From the NCBI GenBank assembly GCA_964016885.1, contig OZ024740.1, positions 323,888,001-323,952,000 on the forward strand: a DNA stretch of 64,000 bases, given 5' to 3'. Source of the DNA: Eledone cirrhosa. Its lineage: Eukaryota. Numbering within the stretch: the stretch's first letter is position 1; each line of letters starts with the position of its first letter. This document shows positions 27,311 through 42,011 of the stretch, in pieces. A program made the translations under genes and the position numbers. Below the pieces are notes generated by a model. It was not told the origin of the DNA and searched no databases. It was given only the letters and a program-made list of their open reading frames with translations.

Positions 27311-27774
27311 TATGAAATATCTTAGGGTGAAAATGTTTCTCAGGTCTATAAACTATTAAATATGTTATTTCCTTTGGCAATTTGAGAATATACAACTTAA
27401 GGGCAAAGAAAGTCAAGCCCTCCCTCAACTATGGTGTTGATACTAAAACTTAAGGAATATTATATAGGGGTGAAGTGATGCTGGTAATGACGAATCTGAG
27501 TGTAGTCACCTACCCCCGGTATACAGGCCACCACCCAATTATTAATAACACACCTATATATCCACATACTTACTTGATTACATACACGACTACATACGTA
27601 CATATTTGTTTATACAGCATATATATATATATAAACCTGTAGAGCATATATATATATATATATAATGAGTGTGTGTGTGTGTATTATACAAATATATATG
27701 TAATATACATACATATATATAATAGTAATAATAAATACAAAGACCAAAATCCGGGGAGGGCTTGATAAGGATTG

Positions 27775-27866
<92 letters not shown>

Positions 27867-28164
27867 CCTGTAGAACAAATATTTATTATTAGTAGAGATT
27901 AAAGTTTAAGCAAATAATTTCTGCTTTCCCCCTATTACGGGGATCTTCTGAAATATTTACACACACACATACACACAAATACAGGCACTTGCGTAGCCAA
28001 ACAAGCATGTATATAGATAGCGAGCATAAACTCGTGTCAATGCACCAAATAGTGGTCCCTTTATAAGAATGACCCTTATACTACGAGAGTAAGCAGAAAA
28101 CCTCATAGGCTGACTAGGAATGAGTCAGGCTAGAGCTGTGAAATCTTGCATGCATTAATTTCAA

Positions 28165-28341
28165 TCACCACTTTTCCTGAAAAGAAACAATGCAGTTATT
28201 AATAAGAAGAGTTGAAATTACTTATTTCTACTTTAGGCACAAGGTTAGCAATTATACCAGTGCATTACTGGTACTTTATTTTATCGACTCCTTACTCTTC
28301 TTATTAATAACTGCATTGTTTCTTTTCAAGAAATGTGGTGA
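28165..28341. repeat. 47-bp inverted repeats enclosing a SINE A 3' fragment
   Basis: tcaccacttttcctgaaaagaaacaatgcagttattaataagaagag and its near-perfect reverse complement at 28295-28341. Confidence 0.8.
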
Positions 28342-28781
28342 AAAGTAAAACCTCAGCCTATGAACACTTCAGCCGATCCTTCATCAGGAAATATTGTAGT
28401 TGGTTTGTTCTCCATCGCTATCGACGAAGAGCATTCCCTTAATACACCAGGTGTATTCCTACTCGTGAAATTAACATATAACCCCCCCCCCTCCATAGTC
28501 ACTTCCTTTTTGTCTCTCATGAAGTGAAATCCTTACCAAATACAGTCGTAATATATATTCCGTATTCTGCTCAGCCCCTTTCTTCTCTCACCCTGCAATC
28601 TCCCACCCACATACACACAAAAATAATCTCTCTATCTCAGAGATTTCTACACCTACCCCACCTCACCCTGATCTTTTACATTAGGATATGTTTTTTTCTT
28701 GGCTTTGTTTTTCTTAGTGTTGCTTCGTCACCTAGACTATGAATATCCTTAATATAGATGTTGGATATACATACATATACA

Positions 28782-28959
<178 letters not shown>

Positions 28960-29636
28960 AAGAGAGAACCTACATATACATATATATACACATATATATA
29001 TACACCTACATATACATATATATACACCTCCACACACACACACAACCACACATATATATATACACTCATTCATGTTGCGTTGTGAGGGGAAGGGGGGAAG
29101 TGATGCATGATGAGGAGGATAAAAAAGAATGAGAACGAAAAAAAACAAAAAAAAAACACCAACAGAAGCAACAACAACAACAACAATATCACTTAATAAC
29201 CACAGTGGTCTCAAGACGTTTGGAAACCGGTACAAACACAAAACAGTCAGTAGGGGTACATGGAATAAAAAACAGTGAAAGAAGCACATCATAACAACAA
29301 CAACAATAACAATAACAGCAACAGTAATAACAACATTAATGGTGATAATAAAGGTGAAAAAATGGAGAGGAAATATGTTTCACTTTCTTTTTTAGGGCGA
29401 GATTTCTTGAAAGATACGGATGGATGAAAAAGTTTAGAGTTGGTGTATGACAATGGAAATAAAAAAAAAGAGACGAAAAGGAAAGAGAGAGAGAGAGCAC
29501 TGAATGAAAAAGTAAAAGACAGAGAGGGGCAGATGCTGAATGGAAGAGTATGAGATAGAGAGCTGCTGAGTGTAAGAAGAGGTTAAGATAGATAGATAGA
29601 TAGATAGAGAGAGAAAGAGACAGAAAGACAGATAGG

Positions 29637-29680
<44 letters not shown>

Positions 29681-29740
29681 CAAGGAGAGAGTGAGAGGAG
29701 AGAATAAGAAGATGAGAGAAAAAGATGTCGAGTGCAACAT

Positions 29741-29805
<65 letters not shown>

Positions 29806-30038
29806 TAGATGGAATAAGAGGGTGAGAAAATGGTCGGTTTAAGGGGAAAACGAGATGGAAGTGAAAATATTCAGATATAGAGAGATGTTGAACTGTTTCA
29901 CAATTCTTCACTTTTTACTGCATTATTTCAGAGCTCAGAATCTTTCGAAAGAAATTACAGGAAAAGCATTCAGTTTCTAAAAAGGCTTTGCTATATATAT
30001 ATACGTATATATATATATATATATATGCACACACACAC

Positions 30039-30243
<205 letters not shown>

Positions 30244-30809
30244 AAATTTGTGCTAATGTCTGATATATTTTTTATAAGTATAAGTGTGTCTGCGCGTGTA
30301 CTATATATATATATATATATATATATAGTTGTGTTTGTGTGAGGAAAAAAAAGGGAGAGTAAGCTAGAAATATTTTTTTATTAAAAAAATTAATACGTGT
30401 GGACAGCTCCCCAACACCACCACCACCTATCATCAGACGCAGGCTACGGCTGGTTGACTTTAAGAGAGTTTGATAAATTCTCCCAGTTCGGTATCACCGA
30501 AATCTCCTGCCCCACCCACGCCAAACCTACCATCAATACACACACACACGTACATACATATACCCAAGCACACACACTGTAGATTAAAATTTCCAACAAT
30601 CATACGCCTTGGATCATCTTTATTTCAATTTTCCTTTGTCACAAATAATTTTATGAAGATAATAACAGCAAAGTCCAATACACACACACATCACACCACA
30701 CACACACACCACACACAACACACACATTACACCACTCACCACACCACACATCACATAACACCACACATCACACGACACACACGCACATCACATCACACAC
30801 ACATGTATA

Positions 30810-31305
30810 TGGCACGCGGCCTAGTAGTATAACAGTGTTGAATCCAAGATCCTAAGGCCGTGAATTCGATTCCCGGACCGGACCTCGCATTGTGCCCTTG
30901 AGTAAGACACTTTATTTCTCATTACTAAAATCTATTTGGTGGGGAAATTTCGGTTCCACCAGCAGTGTGAATGTTAACTCTATAATGGAACGGTGTCTAG
31001 TCCAGGGGATGTCGTTCGCCAGCGACCACACTAGTGTTAAGCTGTATAGGTCTGTGATTTTCCCTTGGACAACATAATAGTGTATATAGAGTATATAAGA
31101 GTTATGACGACACTGGTACTAAGCTGTACTGGAATTTGCCTTTTCCATGGACAACACCATATAGAGTACATATAGTGTGTATATAGTAGATAAATCAGTT
31201 CTCACGACACTGGTTCCAAGCTGTATCAGTCTTTGTCTTTTCTTGTGGACAACATCAATATCGTAGGGAGCAGTGACCACTGACCTTCCACATAAAAAAC
31301 TTACC
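30810..31305 (+). mobile_element. SINE family B-related copy with a duplicated 3' segment
   Basis: ggcacgcggcctagtagt...gtgaattcgattcccggacc...tgtgcccttgagtaagacactttatttc; the cactggt..aagctgtat..ggacaaca motif occurs three times. Confidence 0.7.
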
Positions 31306-31841
31306 CAGGAACATTCAACTCAACTCATGGTCAGTCATGACGAAATAGGATCTATCTAGTCTACACACGAACACGTACATACAACGACGTACAAACATGC
31401 ACACATACATACATACACATACACAACGACGTACAAACAAACACCCATATATACACACACACAACGACGTACAAACACACACACAAACACAACGACGTAC
31501 AAACAAACACACACACACGCACGCAAATATACATACACAGACACAATGATGTACAAACAAACATACTATACAGATATTCTACAACACAACAACCAATAAC
31601 AGTTCATATCACCACCACCACCACCACCATCACCATCATCGTCATCAACAGTAGCATCCCTATTGACTTTCCTTCCATATTTAGCAATCCTCATCAGCAC
31701 AATTATCAGCCCTTATCAGCTAACTCATCCTTCTCAAAGACATTATCACAATCACCATCTTCATGCACGTCGACGTCATATCTAGCATGTCAAGTAATAA
31801 ATACACCTTCCACCCACCTTCAACCGAAAAATTAATCATCG

Positions 31842-31878
<37 letters not shown>

Positions 31879-32071
31879 GCTTATAACCCATCGTCTCCTT
31901 TCTTCATGTGCTATCCACTCTCCCTAATTATTATGAACATATTCATTATCAACCTTTCCATTATTATCATTATTATCTGTATCCAAATCCCACCAGTAGA
32001 ATGTATGTTTATGTATGTATATTGTATGTTGTATGTAATATATATATATATATATATACATACATACACAC

Positions 32072-32169
32072 ACAAGGATTCCACAAAAATATATACACAC
32101 AGGCTCTGTATTTTTATAAATATTGCTTGTACAGGTATTCAAAGTGTGTATACATTTTCTTGGGACATC

Positions 32170-32175
<6 letters not shown>
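32072..32175. mobile_element. Small Tc1/mariner-type MITE; related fragment at 23183-23268
   Basis: Right TIR (reverse complement) TA-CAGGATGTCCCAAGAAAATGTATACACAC with a degenerate left TIR; internal taaatatt.c.tgtacaggta.tcaaagtgt is shared with the 23.2-kb copy. Confidence 0.55.
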
Positions 32176-32222
<47 letters not shown>

Positions 32223-33570
32223 CGTGTGTGTTTATATATACATATATTTATGTCTGTATATGGACCTAATAAGACTGTCTTTACATCTGTGTTTGTCTTG
32301 GTATGTATGCATGCATGTATGTATGTATGTATGTATGTATGTATGTATGTATGTATGTATGTATGTATGTATTCATGTATGTATGCATGTATGTATGTAT
32401 ATAGCAGTGAAGAGTGACACGGATCAGCTGTACAGTAGGGTTTATTCCAAATATTAACAAGTGTTTCATTGGTTCGGTGCGTCTAGAAATCTGTAGTGCT
32501 CCCGTGACAAAGAATTTTAAGTATAGTTACCACCAGCCAAATTGTATATATATATATATATAATTTATATACATATATGTATATACATATATATACATAT
32601 ATGTATATATATATGAAATTAACTTTAGTCAGAAGCTTCAACCTATTTTTTTAATTTTTACAATGAAAAATAGTCTAACATATTGAGCATAAAAGTCGCT
32701 GGATCGGAAAAGTTGACGTGGAATTAATCCTTCTATTGGTCACCCTGAATAATTGAATACCCCCTCCCCCCTCACACACACATATATACCATCGAAAGAT
32801 ATAAGCACACACACAATATCGATGATGTAATTTAAGGTTTTACAATAGTCTATAAGCTACCGATTGGTAAAGTGCACCAGAAAAATAAAAATTGAATTCT
32901 GCTAACTTAGATGTACTAAGCCGTTCCTCTGTATGACGAAAACTAGAAAAATTAAACAGAATTACGTCTAAGAGGCTTAGCAATTGATGTGATTTTATAA
33001 ATCATTCCCAACACTTTGGAGACTTTGAAAAAAAGAAATACTATAAACAGACGCTAACGGATATTTGCTCTCAAAGAGAAAAAAGAAATCGAAATATGAT
33101 CACTTAAATTTCGAGTTTGATGTAAAAGCATTTCGTCTGGCAATAGTTGTTGAATACTTGCTCTTTAGCTCCAGCCTACCTTAAATAAAATCAATGACGA
33201 CCTTTCGCCAAAGTTATCTCATCGACTGAAGAGAGCAATTTCCTTTGTCACATCTTCTCCAGTTCAATTTTAAAAGTCTGTCTCGATTCCGGTAGCTCTA
33301 TAGGCAGGAAAAAAAGCAAAACACAAAATCCATAGCTAAAGCTATATCTGTACTCTCAACTGTACTCAATTAACTTTCAATACTTTGTCAAACTTGAAGA
33401 GATGGTGGTAGAGGTGGTGGGAATCTGTTTAACAACGTAACCATTCTATAAAGTTTAGATGTCAACACCCACTAGACACCCCCATGTATATGAAGTCGGA
33501 GATAAACGACTAACTTTGAAGGCGCTGCTGTTAATATTGTTCTTATAAAATCACACACACACACACACAC

Positions 33571-33607
<37 letters not shown>

Positions 33608-34248
33608 CTAATTCAGCTAATGTTTGCCTGCGTTTTTAATGTCTGATTATACATAACAGGCATCCATTAATACAGAGAGAAAGATAGCTAGCTAGATAGC
33701 TAGATAGATAGATAGAGAGGAGAGAGAGAGAGAGATACTGAGAGAAAGAAAATGAAAGAGAGGCATTACACAGACGTTAGATTATTTGAGGTGAATCGCT
33801 GTATTTTCAGTGCCGTCACACCACCCCATCCCTATCCCCCACCCTAGCCACATATATAGAGATTGTGATTGTAAGCAATGTAGTGATCATAATAAATCGT
33901 AGCCACTATAATAAGCCTCCAAGTTCAATTGTAAAACGGATAAGCTGAAGTGTTGTCCGTTGATTCGACCGTTCTGTTAATTCCTCACTCATCACTGCCT
34001 TCCCTGTAGCAAGGAGGAAACCATAAAGCTGTCTTCCTCCCTTCTTTCCTTTACTATAACCATTAACCTGTTACCTCCAATGTTCAATGTTGAAGTATTT
34101 CCTACTGAACAGTAATGGCCGGGAGAAATCTTGTACACCGGGGCTGGTGGGAATAGTGAAACTAGTAGTAGGGGAGAGAGAGGGAGGAGGACGAGAGGGG
34201 AAGAGAGAGAGGAAGAGGAAGAGAGAGAGAGATGAAGGTAGATAGTAG

Positions 34249-34364
<116 letters not shown>

Positions 34365-34457
34365 TGAACTAAGAAAGGAAAAGGGGTAGATAGTAGGAGA
34401 GAAAGAGATAGAGAAAGAGAGAAAAGATTAAGGGAAGATGGCCGTCTTTGATTCTGA

Positions 34458-34722
34458 TTAACCCGTTCGGTTCCAAATTTCTAAGGAAAGATACTAACCT
34501 ATGATTTTGACATCATTTGGAGAATAATCAAAAATTTGGAGGGATTTTAGAAATATGAGTAACTTTCTCATCATTAATCTGGTGTTTGAAACAGTCTAAC
34601 AAATGTTTAACATATAATTACGTTGAAAGTTTTTTCTAAATAAATATAAACACTTTAAAACATGCAATTTTGTATCATAGAATCAGAGGCGAGGTTAGGC
34701 GGTTCGGTATTAAAAGGATTAA
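34458..34722. mobile_element. piggyBac-type MITE with TTAA target sites; related fragments at about 900-1180 and 12440-12650
   Basis: TTAA-CCCGTTCGGTTCCAA ... TCGGTATTAAAAGGA-TTAA; the internal aaataaatataaacactttaaaaca..tgtatcatagaa is shared with 1095-1140. Confidence 0.6.
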
Positions 34723-34848
34723 AAATACACACACACTTAAGTATTGCTGGATATATGTATATGCACATGTGTGAATTATCTTTAGAGAGAGAATGTGTAT
34801 ATGAGTTTTCATGAAATTACATTAACATGTATGCTTTTGACTCACAAG

Positions 34849-34965
34849 GCCAGCAATTATATCAGTGTATTACTGGTATTTTATTTTATCGACCCCGTAA
34901 GGATGAAAGGCAAAGTTAACCTCGGCGTGTTTTGAACTCAGTCCGTAAAGGGACGTAACTGTATA
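34849..34965 (-). mobile_element. SINE family A fragment truncated at both ends, with 15-bp TSD
   Basis: CTTTTGACTCACAAG at 34834-34848 and 34966-34980. Confidence 0.8.
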
Positions 34966-35039
34966 CTTTTGACTCACAAGAGCAGTTACAGTGTCAATGT
35001 ATTGAGGTGAATATAAATGTGCTTATTTTTTGTACATTT

Positions 35040-35454
35040 GTATGTAAATGTGTATGTGTGTGTGTGTATGTATGTGTGTGTATTGTGTATGTACGTATGT
35101 GTGTGTGTATGTACGTATGTATGTATGTATGTACGTATATGTGTATACGTACGTACTTGTGTGTGTACGTATATGTGTATATGTATGTATGTATGTGTGT
35201 ACGTATATGTGTATACGTACGTACTTATGTGTATGTGTATGTACGTATGTATGTATGTGTGTACATATATGTGTATACGTACGTACTTGTGTGTGTGTAT
35301 GTACGTATGTATGTGTATACGTACGTACTTGTATGTGTGTATGTATGTATGTATGTATGTATGTGTGTACGTATATGTGTATACGTACGTACTTATGTGT
35401 GTGTGTATGTATCTATGTATGTGTGTGTGTACGTATATGTGTATACGTACGTAC

Positions 35455-35520
<66 letters not shown>
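35040..35520. repeat. Minisatellite gtacgtatatgtgtatacgtacgtactt within (GT)/(GTAT) runs; resumes at 35927-36010
   Basis: About six units visible before the RTE-derived insert and one after it. Confidence 0.8.
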
Positions 35521-35521
<1 letters not shown>

Positions 35522-35522
35522 A

Positions 35523-35926
35523 TGACCCCTTAGCCTTTGTCAAGGCAGAATTCTAGGAGAAAGAAAACTCTGATATAACACCTGCAACCCTGATGGTATC
35601 CAATGATGGTGACTTGTTCTTCTTTTTGGTAAATATCATCTTGGTTAAGAGAGTGGGACTGGCTTTGTGCAGTGCCTTTGCTCACTATAAAAGCTTCACG
35701 GCACAGGCATTGCTTTATATCTGGAGATCTCACTGCACTTGTTGTCACATGGTACCATGGGCCCAGCACTATGTGTCAATAATTGTCACAAGTGTAGTGT
35801 TTGTACCAGAGTTTTCAAGTCGCTGGCTGGACTAAAAAGTCACACTTGTTCAGCGCATCGGTAGGGGTTCTCCTACATGGATATAAAGTAGTGGCCGTAC
35901 TCGAAAACGAGTTGGCAGCCACCACC
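35523..35926 (+). mobile_element. Non-autonomous bipartite RTE-derived element retaining a C2H2 zinc-finger remnant
   Basis: RTE 5'UTR-like motifs (tctaggagaaagaaaactctga; gagtgggactggc), HKCSVCTRVFKSLAGLKSHTCSAHR* at 35787-35864, 3' end gtggccgtactcgaaaacgagttggcagccacc followed by (ATGT)n. Confidence 0.7.
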
Positions 35927-36280
35927 ATGTATGTATGTGCGTACGTATATGTGTATACGTACGTACTTATGTGTGTGTGTGTGTGTGTACGTATGTATGT
36001 ACATATGTATGTTCTAAATACAGAACTCAACATAAGAGACACAATACATCAATTATATTTGATTCGGGTGTGTATATGTGTATATCAATGAACGTACAGT
36101 AAGTATCTGTGTGCATTGTGCAGTTATTTTATATTTTTTGAATTTATATAATCTAAAATAAGAGACATCCTCCACTATATTTATTTGCCTGGACACAAAT
36201 AAGTCAGTTTACATCATTTTTTTTCTCTGTCCATTTTATATTTCTAGTTTTAAGAATATGTCTAAATCTAGAAATATACC

Positions 36281-36324
<44 letters not shown>

Positions 36325-36355
36325 TATCATATCACAGAGATAAATAGAGGCAGAT

Positions 36356-36387
<32 letters not shown>

Positions 36388-36469
36388 TATCAGAGAGAAA
36401 AACAGATGTTGATTATATATATATATATATATATAAAGAGAATGGGAGAGAAAACTAGAGGAAAAGAGA

Positions 36470-36545
<76 letters not shown>

Positions 36546-36819
36546 TAGCTAGATATGGACAGATAGATAGAGAGATTTTCAGGTTATGCTACTTGACCCG
36601 AAAGAAAGACTATCACCATCATGATGTAGATGTGTATCAAAGAGGAGATATATAAACGGGACAAATGGAATATGTAGCGATATCTGAAATTGAATAAGAA
36701 GCAATATTGGCAGAAACCAATTTCTCTATCTTACAAAATTCTTCATATTGTCCATAATATTACATGAGAAATTTCCCTAAGGACAGTGGCATACATACAA
36801 TGATATCTATGTATATGTT

Positions 36820-36890
<71 letters not shown>

Positions 36891-37049
36891 TATATATATG
36901 GAGAGAGAGGGAGGAGGAGGGAGGGAAGAAAGAGAGAGAGACGCGCACACATTATATATCTATATATATATACACATATGTTGTATACAGCTTAGTGAAT
37001 ACTCGGTTATCTTAAACATCGTAACTACGTTGGAAGAAAATTAATATGA

Positions 37050-37167
37050 ATGCTTACATACATACATGCATACTACATACACACGTACATACATACATAA
37101 ATATATATATATATATATATACATATATATATTCATACATACATGCATACTACATACACACATACAT

Positions 37168-37208
<41 letters not shown>

Positions 37209-37368
37209 TTCATACATACATGCATACTACATACACACATACACATATATATATACATACATATATATATTCATACATACATGCATACTACATACACACA
37301 TACATACATATATATATATATACATATATATATTCATACATACATGCATACTACATACACACATACAT

Positions 37369-37402
<34 letters not shown>

Positions 37403-37450
37403 TCATACATACATGCATAAATACTTACATATATTCATACATGCATGCAT
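37050..37450. repeat. Minisatellite tattcatacatacatgcatactacatacacacatac plus (TA)n
   Basis: Five to six copies. Confidence 0.8.
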
Positions 37451-38343
37451 ACACAGATGTTTAACAGAGGCAATCATTCTTCTGATTGTGTCATCAGTTT
37501 ATTTGAAAGAAATGTTTCCAATAAATAGATATTTTTTAGTTGATAATGTTTTTACAAGCTCCTCCATAGTCACACGCAATGACTACCTAGACTGCCAGTG
37601 ACAGTATGTAATTGTTGTACCACACACCTCATAAATGTCTAATAAAGATGGCCACTACATAGCGCAAGGCTGATGCCTGAAGCTAATGACTTTAACACGA
37701 CAATTATGTTCATGAGTATTTTCAGAACCTACGAGATTGGTTGGAATGAGGGTGGGCTGAAGGAGGTTATCTTACTACAAAGTAGGTCCCTTTAAGCCCA
37801 CCCAAGGATCAGAGGGTGTTGCAGAGCCGGGCGATGGATTAAGTTCACCATCTAAATATGCTTGGGTGTGATTTAAACATTGTACGGAAATAGCTGGGAC
37901 AAATACCGCAATTCGTTTTGTTGGACGCTCTAGCAATTCCACCATTCCACATTCTTGATCTGGAACTTTATTTTATCAACTCACGATAAAATGAAAGAAT
38001 CAAAGCAAAGTTAACCTAGGTGGGATTTGTGACTCGAAACAATATTACAATATATTTCGTTTGATGTTGTGATCATTCTGTCGATTCGTCACCTTTATTG
38101 AAGTAATGATGTTATTACAAGAATTGATAGAATACGTGCACTAATATGTTGTTGCTTTTTATATTTCCCTTAATATTCAAACAAGAACAAACGTTTTTGC
38201 CGTGTAAACTAAACTAGTGCTTACATATACTCCTTCCTGAAGAAGGACCAACGTCCGATATGTTGAGACCTCTTCCTTTTTCCAACAAGCGTGACACTAA
38301 TAAGATTGTTATAGTTTGAAATTTTGAATCACACACACGTACA

Positions 38344-38586
38344 ATATATATATTTAAAATAAACACATGAAACAATCACAGGGGATAATTTGTAAAGTGT
38401 GTAATCACACATAGCTATGTAGGTAACTAATTAAAGTTTAACTAGAGCTTCAAATATTAACTTTTAAAAAATGATTTAAAAGGTAATATTTGAAGCTCTA
38501 GTTAAACTTTAATTAGTTACCTACCTAGCTATGTGTGATTACACACTTTACAAATTATCACCTGTGATTGTTTCATGTGTTTATTT

Positions 38587-38599
<13 letters not shown>
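38344..38599. repeat. Near-perfect palindrome with arms of about 125 bp, ending in (TA)n
   Basis: aaataaacacatgaaacaatcacag...tagagcttcaaatatta mirrored; only a few mismatches. Confidence 0.92.
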
Positions 38600-38654
<55 letters not shown>

Positions 38655-38884
38655 AATCAATTTCTAGTGGATATAAAATGCTCGGATCTATTCATTGGAA
38701 TCGTTGAGCTTATTCTACGGTGGATATGGCGCATGTCTCGGACATGACTCCCCTAATTTAATTTAATTAAATTAATTTTGTATATATATATAATATCTGC
38801 GGTACAGAGAGACCACAAATCATATTAGTACTCGATACACGGTATGATGCAAAGTGGGTATAGAGAATGATATTAAACACACAG

Positions 38885-38952
<68 letters not shown>

Positions 38953-39081
38953 CTTTACTAATGTATTATTCACAACTCAAGTATTGTACACAATATATAT
39001 TAACCCTATCTAGAAAATTATGTCCAATATATCATGTTATATAACCAATATATTATTAATGCTGTAAAACACACTCCATCT

Positions 39082-39235
<154 letters not shown>

Positions 39236-39417
39236 TGTTGTTTCACTTTCAGTATTCCCAGACTAAGTCAAAATACACTTCCATACCTTCCATAAATAGC
39301 TCGTGTAAGAATATCCATTTAAGGAAATCAAAGTTAAGTAAAATGTCGTTGAAGAGAAAAAATAAACCGCACACAAAACTCTCAAATCACACACACACAC
39401 ACACACACATATAATAC

Positions 39418-39484
<67 letters not shown>

Positions 39485-39524
39485 CATGCAATAGACAAGA
39501 CAAATAACGAAGTTTCGTCAGTGT

Positions 39525-39686
39525 GAAGAAGAAGAAGAAGAAGAAGAAGAAGAAGAAGAAGAAGAAGAAGAAGAAGAAGAAGAAGAAGAAGAAGAAGAAG
39601 AAGAAGAAGAAGAAGAAGAAGAAGAAGAAGAAGAAGAAGAAGAAGAAGAAGAAGAAGAAGAAGAAGAAGAAGAAGAAGAAGAAGAA
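39525..39686 (+). repeat. Pure (GAA)n tract of about 54 units
   Basis: Uninterrupted trinucleotide run. Confidence 0.97.
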
Positions 39687-39885
39687 AGAATGACAAACGA
39701 TTGGCATGAAATTGACAGTTTCAACAGATTCCAAGACAGCTCCAAGGAAACGGTGCGGCTTTAAACTAACAAACACGATAACCCGATACAACTCTGAGAA
39801 CTGATGACTATCAACAAACATGTCAACACTATCCAAGTATTCACACACTACACATATATATCACACACCTCTCTCTCACACACAC

Positions 39886-39919
<34 letters not shown>

Positions 39920-40019
39920 TAAACATACATATATATATATATACATAAACATACATATATATATATACATAAACATACATATATATATATACATAAACAT
40001 ACATATATATACATAACAT

Positions 40020-40072
<53 letters not shown>

Positions 40073-40781
40073 AGTATACATTATACAAATACATATATAT
40101 ATATATATATAAATACATATACATACATATATAAACATATACATACATATATAGACATATACATACATATATAAACATATACATACATATATAAACATAT
40201 ACATATATATATATAAATATACATATATATATATATATATCCTTCACTAAGTACTCACAAGCATATATTTTACCAACCACCCGATAGTCGTACGTTAAAT
40301 ATACTTACTTTACTGTATATTGTTTTATTTTTCTCGAATATTTTCCTAATTCAACTACTCATTAGCTATTTTTTTAAGTAACGTAATTTTTTGTTTATCG
40401 TATTTGTCATCTGATAACAGGCGATTTGTTTATATTATAGCGGTGATATCAGCCCCAGTACATTTTTTTATCATCAACGCCAGAACATCTTTTTTTTCAA
40501 GTCCGGTTCATATTTTACCGATCTCGTTTTGTCGAACTGTTAAGCTATGCGATATAAACAAGCAGATGCGATATAAAATACAAACGAAAAGAGAGACATG
40601 GACATATTTACTCGAACATATTATTTTACTTATTTCAGTCAGTAGAGTGCACTCAGTACTTATTTTTCAAGTTTTCTGCATTTTTGTTCAGCAGTTAAGT
40701 TAGTTGCCACAAACACACACCCAATATATTATATTATATATATATATATATACACACACGCACACACATACATAAAGGGTA

Positions 40782-41099
40782 AAAACCTCCTTCGGTCACG
40801 AATGACCATGCCATTTTCACCTAGAAATTTCCCCTCCAAGGCAAAAGCTCAGGAAAGGTTGTTTGTGGAAGGCCAACAATCGTCCAAGAATACCAGTCTT
40901 CTCTCTCCACGACAACGATATTGTTCAAGGGAAAGGCTATGGCCGATACAGCTTGGCACCAGTGACATCGCAACACATTTCTACAGCAATGTGAAATAGA
41001 ATGTCTTCCTCAAGAACACAACACACCACTGGGTCCGGGAATTGAACTCACAACATCATTGCTGTAAGCCCAACGCTCTAACCACTAAGACATGCGCAT
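40782..41099 (-). mobile_element. SINE family B-related copy
   Basis: tRNA head gcgcatgtcttagtggttagagcgttgggcttac...gtgagttcaattcccggacc; body shared with the copy at 50491-50815. Confidence 0.75.
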
Positions 41100-41116
41100 T
41101 CACACACACGACGACG

Positions 41117-41280
41117 CGCTTCCGCAGTTTCCATCTACCAAATTCCACTCATAAGTAATTGGTCAACCCAAGGCCATAGTTGAAGTCACTTGCCCAAGGT
41201 AGCACGCAGCGGGACTGAACTCGAAGCCACAAGGTTGGGAAGGGAAACGAAATGCTTAACCACACAGCCATGGCTGCACC
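41117..41280 (-). mobile_element. SINE family C (tRNA head plus CORE-like ccttgggcaagtg); related fragments at 10920-11000, 12340-12430 and 22700-22910
   Basis: Reverse complement: gccatggctgtgtggttaagc...gagttcagtcccgctgcgtgctaccttgggcaagtgacttcaactatggccttgggttgacc...ttggtagatggaaactgcggaagc. Confidence 0.7.
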
Positions 41281-42011
41281 GCTATATATTTCTCTCAAAT
41301 GTCTCGTTTAACTACTCATTAGCTGTTTGTTTAAATAACATCACTTTTTTCTTCTTCAAATATTTAGATTTTTCTAAATATATTTATTTACTTGTGTTAC
41401 ATCTATTTTTGTATATTTTTGGTAAGTTGGGCTGTTTCTTTATTTTTTGTTACAAAACATTTCAACTATGTGTAATAGATATTGCGAAGGAAAGCAATTT
41501 ATAGTCTCTATAATGTACTTGGGTACATGTCTAGTTATGTGAGCAAAGGTTTGTTGTTCATTACCACGAGAAAGATATATACACATATGGAAACTAAATC
41601 GTTTTCCGTTAAAAGACGGAAGTAGCAACGGTTAAAGTAAGATCCTCGAGGCACAACGGTATAGATGATACTTCATTTTATTTCCAACAGAAGTGTCTTC
41701 TACAGGACTAGTACTGTTAACGGTATATTAATGAAAATAGTAACTCAATCTAACTTTCTGTTTGTCTTTTCTTCTCACACAATATGAGTGTGTCCACAGA
41801 ACTTACTGCACAATATCTGAGAAACTATGCATGTGATGGTGAATCATGATGTAATGTGAACATACAATATTCAGCTATGAATAAAAGACTTGGCTCGGCG
41901 TTTGCTTTACATTCTTCTCTGTAGTCGTTCTATCAATCTCTTTTGCCCCTCGACCGGTGACATAATACTGAAAGAATATTTTCCTTGTAACGATACATAG
42001 ACTGGGAGTCG

